Below the pieces are notes generated by a model. That model was not told where the DNA came from and searched no databases. It saw only the letters and a program-made list of their open reading frames with translations. Made by a program: the position numbers and the translations under genes. Positions 19,612 through 27,959 of a stretch of DNA of 64,000 nt are shown here, piece by piece. How positions within the stretch are numbered: position 1 is the first letter of the stretch; each line of letters begins with the position of its first letter. Source of the DNA: Candidatus Bathyarchaeota archaeon (GTDB taxonomy: Archaea; Thermoproteota; Bathyarchaeia; Bathyarchaeales; Bathycorpusculaceae); NCBI GenBank assembly GCA_963733095.1, contig CAVTBV010000004.1:1-64000 (forward strand). Direction: 5' to 3'.

Positions 19612-20796
19612 ATGAACATAGACCAGCGAAAAATCGCAAACATTCACGATTTCTATTTAGATTTTGATACAATGTCAAGTCACCTTTTAGAGTTGAAACC
19701 CAAGTTTCCCTCTGGCCTAATAATTCCAATTTTAGGCGACGACATTAACAGTCCCGGTTTAGCCAAGATTATTTCTGAAATCAACCAATGCAGTTACCTA
19801 AATAAGGTATTCATTGCCCTCTCAGCCGAAGATCCAAATCACTATGATGAAGCTATAAGGCTAAGCCACTCATTCAAAGTTCCCTGCGAAGTGGCATGGT
19901 GTAACAAACCTGAAGTGCTAGAAGTCCTGGAAGAACTCAAAAGAAAAGGTCTTGACGTCACAGAGTTATCGGGAAAAGGCAAAGACGTATGGATGACTAT
20001 GGGCATAGCATCTCTGGACCTCTTTGCATTTGCAGTCCACGACGCTGACATTGTTTCTTACACTAAAATGCTGCCCACAAAGATGTTGTATCCACTCATT
20101 GAACCTGAACTTGATTTTTTCTTCACTAAAGGGTACTATGCAAGAATCAATCCAGATAACAAAAAATTGTATGGACGAATCCACAGGTTATTTATCAATC
20201 CGCTGCTTGAGGTTCTGCAGGAAAAACTCCGTTATTCCAAGTTTCTAACTTACCTGCAGTCCTATAGTTATCCGCTTGCAGGCGAGATTGCCCTCTACTG
20301 CGACTTAGCAACGCACCTGCGGGTACCCAGTGATTGGGGGCTTGAACTGGGTTTGCTATCGGAGGTTTATAGGAATGCAGCTTATGGACGAATTTGTCAA
20401 ATAGACTTAGGATTCTACGATCACAGACATAAACCCTTTGATGCAAATGCTTTGCAGAGAACTGCAGAAGACAGCTTTGTAACCTTATTGCGAACTCTGG
20501 CAGAAACTGAAAGCGTTGACATTTCCGAGCCGTTTTTGATTAGTTTACAAGTAGCCTATAGACGTCTTGCCCAAGACAAAATAAGGCAGTATCACGCAGA
20601 TGCCACATGCAACAGATTATCTTTTGACAGACATGAAGAAGAAACAAACGTCGATTCTCTCTGTTCAGTCATACTTTCAGGCGGAAGAAAATACTTAGAA
20701 AATCCCACAAAAACTCAACTGCCCGACTGGCTACGAACAAGGGCAGCCATGCCAAATATTCGCGAGCGGCTTAGGGAAACAGCAATTGAACAGTAA
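19612..20796 (+). CDS. gpgS: Glucosyl-3-phosphoglycerate synthase-like glycosyltransferase
   Basis: GKGKDVW, HDADI, KGYYAR, YGRI.RLF, YPLAGE, DWGLELG, YDHRHK; coupled to a HAD phosphatase. Confidence 0.75.
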   Translation: MNIDQRKIANIHDFYLDFDTMSSHLLELKPKFPSGLIIPILGDDINSPGLAKIISEINQCSYLNKVFIALSAEDPNHYDEAIRLSHSFKVPCEVAWCNKPEVLEVLEELKRKGLDVTELSGKGKDVWMTMGIASLDLFAFAVHDADIVSYTKMLPTKMLYPLIEPELDFFFTKGYYARINPDNKKLYGRIHRLFINPLLEVLQEKLRYSKFLTYLQSYSYPLAGEIALYCDLATHLRVPSDWGLELGLLSEVYRNAAYGRICQIDLGFYDHRHKPFDANALQRTAEDSFVTLLRTLAETESVDISEPFLISLQVAYRRLAQDKIRQYHADATCNRLSFDRHEEETNVDSLCSVILSGGRKYLENPTKTQLPDWLRTRAAMPNIRERLRETAIEQ

Positions 20797-21562
20797 AAAC
20801 CCAAAGGTTATCGTTTTCGCCGACCTCGACGGAACCCTGCTTAACGAGAAATACTCTTCCAAAGACGTGGAACCAACCCTCAACCAGCTCTTATCCTTAA
20901 ACGTCTCCATCGTTTTCAACAGTAGTAAAACCAAAAGCGAAATTGCTTACTACAGAAAAAAATTGTGCATAAACGACCCCTTCATCGTTGAAAACGGGTC
21001 AGCCATAATAATACCCGACAACTACTTTCAAGTAAACTACAAATTTTCAAAGCATACTTCAGGTTACAACATAATTGAACTTGGAACTTCCTATGCCAAT
21101 GTAAGAAAAAAACTATCCGCCATAACGAGGCAAACAGGTGCTGCCATCGTTGGATTCGGAGATATGACAGTGGAGGCTATAGCTAGAGACAGCGGTTTAC
21201 CCTTATCCTTGGCGCGTTTAGCTAAAAAAAGACAATACAGCGAACCATTCAAGATTTTAAGCGGAAAAGAAAGCGAGGTCTTGCAGGCTATTGGTAAAGA
21301 AGGGCTTTGCTACGTTAAAGGCGGGCGGTATTTCCATGCTACTGGAAGCTGCGATAAAGGAAAGGCCATTTTGATTCTAAAAGAGCTGTTTTTGCATCAG
21401 TACCCTGAAATCTTTACAATCGGCGTGGGGGATAGCGATAATGACTTGCCCATGCTCGAAGTCGTCGATAAGCCCTTTTGCGTAAAAGATACGGCGGAGA
21501 AAAAAGCGGTGTGGAGCAATATCCAAGCGCTTGCTGAACCTAAATTAACGGGGTACAACTAA
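20786..21562 (+). CDS. Mannosyl/glucosyl-3-phosphoglycerate phosphatase (HAD-IIB)
   Basis: DLDGTLL, SSKT..E, FIVENG, RQYSEP, GGRYFH, GDSDND.PML. Confidence 0.9.
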   Translation: MNSKNPKVIVFADLDGTLLNEKYSSKDVEPTLNQLLSLNVSIVFNSSKTKSEIAYYRKKLCINDPFIVENGSAIIIPDNYFQVNYKFSKHTSGYNIIELGTSYANVRKKLSAITRQTGAAIVGFGDMTVEAIARDSGLPLSLARLAKKRQYSEPFKILSGKESEVLQAIGKEGLCYVKGGRYFHATGSCDKGKAILILKELFLHQYPEIFTIGVGDSDNDLPMLEVVDKPFCVKDTAEKKAVWSNIQALAEPKLTGYN

Positions 21563-22794
21563 TACTGGTCATACAAGTAATGCCTAAGTTCTCTGAAGAC
21601 TTTTGCTTCTTCCAGCACTCTTAATTCAGCTTTTTCACGAGATTCATGCCACGTCTCTTTTAAGAAAGCAGCAACCCGTCCGATCCAAAGCACCCTTAAC
21701 GCATCGATTAACGTGGCTCTATCTGTGAGGTGGCTTTTGTGGAATCCTGCAATAAAAGAATAAACGGTTTTTGCCCAAACCTCAGAAGAAAAGACAATGT
21801 CTGTTTTGTCTATGTTTTTTAGTTCATCGAATTTATCAATTATCTCTTGAGCTAACCATTGTTTGTAGACTGGGTAGAAAGAGTCGTAGTTACTCTTGAA
21901 TGCCTCTATGGTTCCTGGAAGGGAAACTTGGATTTGTTCGGGTGTAGAGTGGTTCTGTTTTTCACCGATCATTTCTGTTTCTGAGAAACCATCTGTTTTT
22001 TTCCACACCGCTTCGTAATTTTCGATTAAGGTAAACATGGTGTTCATGACTTGCCTAAACATGGACGCCAATTGGCTTGATGGGTCTTTGGCGTCGTGTG
22101 CTTTGATGCCTAAATAGGCTTGCTTTACTTCGTAGTCTTTTGCCAAAGCAGTGAAGGTTTCAAAGATATCGATGCCGAATCGGTTAACGTCGGACAGATC
22201 CCACATCGGCGAATTCAAAAGGTCGTTCACTAACTCGGAAGAAAAGCCAAAGTCTCCGCCAATGGGTTGCCTAATATCTTTTCCAAACAAGCTTGTCGTT
22301 ATAGGATAACATAGGAAATTGGTTATTGTTCCGTCGTATTTTCGACGGTTATAGTAGGGGGCTACAAACCCTGTTCCAGTCATTGTTGGAGAAATTAATA
22401 GTTTCATCCACTCGGGGGTTATGCTGCGTAAGTCTGAATCGACCAACGCTACACTCTTAACGTTTAAGATTTTTGCTGCCTCAAAGATAGCCCTGACTGC
22501 TCTTCCTTTGCCCGATATACCCATGTAGATTGCAGGTATCAATTTGACTTCAGAGGGTAAATAGACTTTCTTAACAGATGTTAAAGTATCATCCTTGGAG
22601 TTTCCATCCGACACAAATATGGCGGATTTATATTTTGGAAAATACGTATCCAACCCCTTGGTTACTTGAGAGAGTACATAACTTGCCGTGAGCACGTTGT
22701 TGAACGAGGGAATGCCGACTAAAATGTCGGCTGTTTCAATGTTATGCAGGTAAATGTGAGCATCTAAGGATAATGCGGAATCTTCAATCTTCAT
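21559..22794 (-). CDS. Glucosylglycerate synthase (Ggs)-like single-step glycosyltransferase
   Basis: GIPSFNN, DGNS.D.T, GKG.A, DSDLRSITPEW, YDGTITN, RQPIGGDF, FGIDI. Confidence 0.72.
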   Translation of the reverse strand: MKIEDSALSLDAHIYLHNIETADILVGIPSFNNVLTASYVLSQVTKGLDTYFPKYKSAIFVSDGNSKDDTLTSVKKVYLPSEVKLIPAIYMGISGKGRAVRAIFEAAKILNVKSVALVDSDLRSITPEWMKLLISPTMTGTGFVAPYYNRRKYDGTITNFLCYPITTSLFGKDIRQPIGGDFGFSSELVNDLLNSPMWDLSDVNRFGIDIFETFTALAKDYEVKQAYLGIKAHDAKDPSSQLASMFRQVMNTMFTLIENYEAVWKKTDGFSETEMIGEKQNHSTPEQIQVSLPGTIEAFKSNYDSFYPVYKQWLAQEIIDKFDELKNIDKTDIVFSSEVWAKTVYSFIAGFHKSHLTDRATLIDALRVLWIGRVAAFLKETWHESREKAELRVLEEAKVFRELRHYLYDQY

Positions 22795-22900
22795 TAAGCA
22801 TCCTGAATGTAAATCGTTTCTTTTCTAAAAAATCATTCGCATAAAAACGCAGCTAACTGGAGAATAACTGAAACATGGGTTTCCAACGAATAATGCGTTT

Positions 22901-24268
22901 TTATCCGATAATCAGTGAAACGTCATTTACGTTGGTTCCCGTTGGTCCAGTAAAGATCAAATCCCCGAGTTTTGACAAGAAATGGTAAGAATCATTTTCG
23001 GCAAGATAGTGTTTAGGATCTAACCCCAACTTTTCTGCCCTCTTAAGAGTGTATGAATCCACGATTGCTCCTGCCGCATCGGTTGGTCCATCAACACCAT
23101 CCGTACTAAAAGAAACAAAAACGCATTCCCGATTTTCCTTCAAGTTTAATGTAGCAGAAAGCGCAAGCTCTTGATTTCTACCCCCTAATCCTTTGCCGGT
23201 CACGGTTACCGTTGTTTCTCCACCTGCAACAACCGCCAAAGGCTTTGGAACAGGCGCGTCAGGAGCAAGCAACCTGCAAGCAAATTCCGCCAAACTTTTG
23301 CCTGTGTCCCTTGCTTCTCCCTCTAAAGTGTCAGCCAAAAATAGTGTGTTGAAGCCTTGTGAGTTTAAGTAATCAACGGCGGTTAAGGTTGCAGTTCGAT
23401 TGTTACCGATAATCATGTTGTAAACTTTTTTGAACACTGGATCCTTCGGCTTAGGTGTCTCTTCTATCAACCCTTCCGTTCCTTTTGATAGGACTTGACG
23501 AATGGATTTGGGCGTATTCGCCCACAGGTTGTATTTTTCCAGAATTTGTTTTGCCTGCTCAAATGTGGATTGATCGGGTACTGTTGGTCCGGAAGCGATT
23601 GAATCTAACGGGTCACCCATGACATCGGATAGGACAAGATTTAGAACTGTAGCTGGATACGCTTTTTTTGCGAGCCAACCGCCTTTGATTGCGGAAAGAT
23701 GTTTGCGTACACAGTTAATCTCAGTGATCGGAGAGCCGCTCTTAAGAAGCATACTTGTTAACGTTTGCTTATCCTTCAGACTTATCCCTGTTCTTGGAAG
23801 TGGCATAAGACTTGAACCCCCACCCGAAATTAAACAAACAACCAGATCATCCTTTTCTGCTTTTTCAGCAATTTCTATAATAAGTTGGGTGCCTTGAACG
23901 CCTGCTTCGTTGGGAATTGGATGGCTAACCTCGTTAAGTTCGATGACTTGGGTATTTTGTCTTGTGCCGGTGGGTATGTTTACCGCGCCCGCAGTTATGT
24001 GCTCTCCCAGAACTTCTTCGATGGCTTGCGCCATTTTAGCCCCCGCTTTGCCGCCGCCAACCACATAAACATGCTTGAACTTGCTTAAGTCAAAAGAAAA
24101 GCTTTCCACTTGAAGATGACCGTTTTCAACTTTAACTTTACGCTTTACCAACTGCTTGGGCTCAACCGCGTTAACTATATGCTCTATACATTGGAGTCCT
24201 ATGGCGCGGTATTTTCGCGTGATCGGCGTTTCGCCGTTTTCGACTAATTTTTCTTGATTTTGTGTCAT
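22901..24268 (-). CDS. Glycerate kinase, type 2 (MOFRL)
   Basis: GGGKA, HPIP, LISGGGS, IASGPT, GGETTV, GGRNQE, TDGVDG, TGTNVND. Confidence 0.92.
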   Translation of the reverse strand: MTQNQEKLVENGETPITRKYRAIGLQCIEHIVNAVEPKQLVKRKVKVENGHLQVESFSFDLSKFKHVYVVGGGKAGAKMAQAIEEVLGEHITAGAVNIPTGTRQNTQVIELNEVSHPIPNEAGVQGTQLIIEIAEKAEKDDLVVCLISGGGSSLMPLPRTGISLKDKQTLTSMLLKSGSPITEINCVRKHLSAIKGGWLAKKAYPATVLNLVLSDVMGDPLDSIASGPTVPDQSTFEQAKQILEKYNLWANTPKSIRQVLSKGTEGLIEETPKPKDPVFKKVYNMIIGNNRTATLTAVDYLNSQGFNTLFLADTLEGEARDTGKSLAEFACRLLAPDAPVPKPLAVVAGGETTVTVTGKGLGGRNQELALSATLNLKENRECVFVSFSTDGVDGPTDAAGAIVDSYTLKRAEKLGLDPKHYLAENDSYHFLSKLGDLIFTGPTGTNVNDVSLIIG

Positions 24269-24442
24269 TAGTTTACCGTCGAATAAATATCAGCTAAGAG
24301 TTTAGATAATAAAAATATTTACTAAAACGTTAACACGACTCCGCCGCGTGGAAAAAAAATTTTTTAGTATAGGAGCTGGCTGCAACAAACAAGATAAGAA
24401 ATTAGCAACACTAATATGGCACAAAACTGCTTATCCATCTTA

Positions 24443-24538
24443 GTTCTTGGGGAGCTGGGAAAATGACCTGGCTGAGAGGACGGCTGTTTGCTGTCGACCC
24501 TTAGGAACCTGAACCAGGTAATACTGGCGGAGGGAAAC
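24443..24538 (+). ncRNA. TPP riboswitch (THI-box)
   Basis: GGGG..P3..CTGAGA..P3a(GACGGC/GCTGTC)..ACCC..ACCTGA.CCAG-GTAATA-CTGG-CGGAGGGAA, directly upstream of thiT. Confidence 0.92.
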
Positions 24539-24542
24539 ATAA

Positions 24543-25091
24543 TTGAACACCCCAAATACAAGTGAATATAAAAACCAAAATTCCTTTAGAAATCCCAAAG
24601 TTTTAGCTGAAACCGCGATTTTTATTGCCTTGGCAACCGCGCTAAGTCTAATTGTTGTGTATACTTTGCCACAGGGTGGATCCATCACTGCTGCATCGAT
24701 GGTTCCGATTTTGTGGTTGGCGCTTAGAAGAGGACCCAAAGTAGGTATAGCCGCAGGAGTTTTGTACGGGTTTATTCAGCTTGGCCTTTTACCCTATGTG
24801 ATTAATCCAGTGCAGTTGTTACTTGATTATCCCTTAGCATTCGGAGTCCTTGGCTTAGCAGGATTATTCCAAAAATATCCTCTTGCTGGTGCAGCTGTTG
24901 GAATTTCTGGAAGATTCATTATGCATTTTGTTGCAGGTGTATTTTACTGGGCACCAATAGAGGCTCCAAACCTAAACCCGTTTGTTTACTCAGCCGTATA
25001 CAACGCAAGCTACATACTCCCAGAACTTGTAATAAGTGGATTCATACTTTATTTGCTGCAGAAGAGTAACGTCCTGCGAGCGTTCATGTAA
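24543..25091 (+). CDS. thiT: ECF thiamine S component ThiT
   Basis: PQGGSIT, RRG.K.G, Q.LLDY.LAF, H...GV.YW, YS..YN.SY. Confidence 0.9.
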   Translation: MNTPNTSEYKNQNSFRNPKVLAETAIFIALATALSLIVVYTLPQGGSITAASMVPILWLALRRGPKVGIAAGVLYGFIQLGLLPYVINPVQLLLDYPLAFGVLGLAGLFQKYPLAGAAVGISGRFIMHFVAGVFYWAPIEAPNLNPFVYSAVYNASYILPELVISGFILYLLQKSNVLRAFM

Positions 25092-26090
25092 TTGGGAAAA
25101 CTTAATGCTAAAGAACTCCAAAAAATGTTGGATTGCATTCGGAAGGATTTTCGAGTTATCGTCCCACCCATGATTGGGTACGATGCAGGAGTACACCTTT
25201 TACATGGCAAGTATGTGGCCGTCGCAACGGATCCATGCACTGGCGTTCCTGAAGAGTGGTTTGGTTGGTTAATGATTAATTATGCTGCTTCGGATGTGGC
25301 TTTGTTTGGAGCTAGACCTGAATTTTGCACCATAACCCTCCTCGGACCGATAGGAACAAAACCTGAAGTCTTCCAAAAAATCATGAAACAAACCTGCAGT
25401 GCCGCCGACGAATTAGGAATAGCTATTGTTCGCGGGCACACAGGTATGTACGGCAGCATCAAAGAACCGCTTGGAGTATGCACAGTTTACGGAATCGTGG
25501 AACCCAAGAAGTTGATTACGCCGGGAAACGCCAAGGCGGGCGATTTGATTCTGTGCACAAAGCCGCTTGGTTTAGAGACAATTACCAACTTCTCGCTGAC
25601 CCAAAAGGAAAAAGCCCGGGAGCTCTTTGGTGCTGATAAACAAGGAGAATTCGAAAAACTGGTCTACTTGCAAAGTTGCGTAAAGGAAGCTTTTGAGCTT
25701 GCAGAAGTAGGTGGGGTCCATGCGATGCATGACGCGACGGAAGGCGGGTTTGTGGCAGCGCTCAATGAGTTGGCCGGGGCTTCCAAGGTTGGTTTTAAGG
25801 TTGAATGGGAAAAATTGCCCCTAACCAACGAGGTCTTTGCCTTGCAGAATCACTTTAAGCTCACTGATGAACAGGTCTTGGCGATGTCTTCAACGGGCAC
25901 TATTTTGGCGGCTATTAAATTAGAAATGCAAGAAAAAGTTAAAGCAGCATTAAACAAAAATGGGCTTTCATCTTGCATCATAGGTGAATTCACTGAAAAA
26001 CAAGAACGCATCTTGATTAAGAAAGGAAAAGATACACCTTTTCCAAGCCTTGCCGACGATCCCTACACACAGATTCTTTCAGGGAAATAG
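25092..26090 (+). CDS. AIR-synthase-related (PurM/ThiL/HypE fold) protein
   Basis: MGKL, G.DAG, TDP, SD...GA.P, GHT, GD..L.TK, MHDATEGG. Confidence 0.8.
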   Translation: MGKLNAKELQKMLDCIRKDFRVIVPPMIGYDAGVHLLHGKYVAVATDPCTGVPEEWFGWLMINYAASDVALFGARPEFCTITLLGPIGTKPEVFQKIMKQTCSAADELGIAIVRGHTGMYGSIKEPLGVCTVYGIVEPKKLITPGNAKAGDLILCTKPLGLETITNFSLTQKEKARELFGADKQGEFEKLVYLQSCVKEAFELAEVGGVHAMHDATEGGFVAALNELAGASKVGFKVEWEKLPLTNEVFALQNHFKLTDEQVLAMSSTGTILAAIKLEMQEKVKAALNKNGLSSCIIGEFTEKQERILIKKGKDTPFPSLADDPYTQILSGK

Positions 26091-26969
26091 TTATTTTTTG
26101 ATTTCCTTTAGGACAAAAGTGACTATTTCTTCGGCGATATTAACTTTTGCGACAACCTGCAAGCCCTTCCAACCAGGCTGACTATTCACGTCAACAATGC
26201 GTGGTCCATCTGGTCCTTCAAGAATGTCTACGCCCGCGATTTTGCAGCCAACGGCCTTCGCAGATTTGACTGCTAATTCCTTGAATTCGTCACTGATTTC
26301 TGCGGGTGCAGGTTTTGCTCCTTGGCTGTAATTTGTTTTCCAGCCTGTTGCCACACGCCGCATGGAGGCTACAACTTGGTCTCCGATGACGAATGCGCGT
26401 AAGTCTGAGGTTCCGTGGGGCACGAATTCCTGCATGTAGATTACGCCGTGGTGGAAGGTGATTGCTTTGAAAACTGTGTCGGCGATGTCTACGTCGTTTA
26501 TTCGTGTGGCTCCTTGTCCGCGTGAGCCAAAGATGGGTTTAACAACGATGTTGCCGCCGAGTTCACTAAAAGCCCTCAGCGCCTCGTTTACGCTTTCGGT
26601 GGCTAAGGTGCGTGGCACAGGAACGCCTACATCTTCGAGAATGGCTAAAATGTCGTATTTGTCGACGCAGTGCTCGATGGCTGTGGGTGGGTTGACCATG
26701 TAGAAGCCTTTGCGTTCCAGCTTGTAGAGCATATCCATGCGGAAAACCAGTTCCTCCAACGAACCGCGCCCAATTGGGCGAATTATAAGGGCGTCCAAAT
26801 CGTCAAGGATGCTGGTGCCGTTAACTTTAAAGTAAGGCCTATACGCCAGTCGCGCGACAAGTCTTGGAAAAGTAAAACACTCATAGGGGATGCCCCTCTT
26901 GGTTAGTGCTTCTCTTACTTGTGTGGAGCTCCATGCTTCCATGTTCCGTGTCATGATTCCAAATTTCAT
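26091..26969 (-). CDS. RimK-family ATP-grasp alpha-L-glutamate ligase (MptN/CofF-like)
   Basis: DKY, VP.T, KPIFGS.G.G, QEF, DLR, WKTN, GVD, DVNSQPG. Confidence 0.82.
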   Translation of the reverse strand: MKFGIMTRNMEAWSSTQVREALTKRGIPYECFTFPRLVARLAYRPYFKVNGTSILDDLDALIIRPIGRGSLEELVFRMDMLYKLERKGFYMVNPPTAIEHCVDKYDILAILEDVGVPVPRTLATESVNEALRAFSELGGNIVVKPIFGSRGQGATRINDVDIADTVFKAITFHHGVIYMQEFVPHGTSDLRAFVIGDQVVASMRRVATGWKTNYSQGAKPAPAEISDEFKELAVKSAKAVGCKIAGVDILEGPDGPRIVDVNSQPGWKGLQVVAKVNIAEEIVTFVLKEIKK

Positions 26970-27381
26970 CTGGGTCGGTCCTTGCTTTTCTTTTAGAACA
27001 TGCACAGGGTTTAGCTCTTAAAGCTTCTGTGTTAAATATGGGGTTTCAGAAATTTGTCGCCAAAGAGTCAGCCAAAAGAGCTTGACGATAAACGTACATG
27101 AGGATACTGATTTGATTGATTTGGTTGAGATTTGGGAATTATTTTATATGGTATTTTTGTCATAGAAGCTTTTGGTGAATTATTTTTGGCCATTCAAGAA
27201 CAAAGAGTCCGAAAGCCCAAGTTGCCTAAAAATAAACGGTTACTTAAAAAGATCAACCGCAGATAAACTCCTTTAAGTCTAATGTTTTCTTCCCAAAAAA
27301 ATAGTCGAGGGTATGTCGCTACAAATTAGTTTCGGGAGAAAACAGAAAAAAATTGGGCTTTCCAATGTTAAATTGCCGAAA

Positions 27382-27933
27382 TCAAAAGCTTCTTAATCTG
27401 GTGTAAAACGATTCTAAGGCTTCTCTGTTTTTACCCAACACGTCACCGATGAACGCACCAAAAGCCAAGCAGATTATTAGGCTTGTTATAGCAAAGAAGT
27501 CAACACCTATGGCGCTTGAAATCTGCTCAGTAACTCCAGTTGCGTTGAAGGAAAGCACCATTGCAGCCCATATGCAGAAGCCAACGATGGATGCTCCAAC
27601 AAAAAAGAACGTTGCACGTTTATCATAACCTTCGGTAGACTTGAACCCGATGTAAAATGCTAAGCCCATGATCGAAAAAATAGTACCCAAGAGAAGTAGC
27701 TCTCTTCCCAAGGAAATCTGCATTACAAATCCAATAGTTACAGCAAAAACCAAAATGACCACAGCCAAGGTTATCCAGTAATATTTGCTCTTCAATAGGC
27801 TGAACGGTTTTGGCTGTTCCTTAAGCTGTTTCTTCTTCAGTTTGTTCTTTTTTGGCTGGTTTTTTGGATAAGTCTTGGGCATGATACATTGACTATTTTT
27901 AACTCTTATTAATTTTTCATAGAAAAATCTCAA
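27382..27933 (-). CDS. Hypothetical 4-TM membrane protein
   Basis: Basic N-terminus followed by four hydrophobic helices; the true start may be the internal MPKTY. Confidence 0.7.
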   Translation of the reverse strand: MRFFYEKLIRVKNSQCIMPKTYPKNQPKKNKLKKKQLKEQPKPFSLLKSKYYWITLAVVILVFAVTIGFVMQISLGRELLLLGTIFSIMGLAFYIGFKSTEGYDKRATFFFVGASIVGFCIWAAMVLSFNATGVTEQISSAIGVDFFAITSLIICLAFGAFIGDVLGKNREALESFYTRLRSF

Positions 27934-27959
27934 AGTCCTCGGTCAACGCTCTAAACCTG

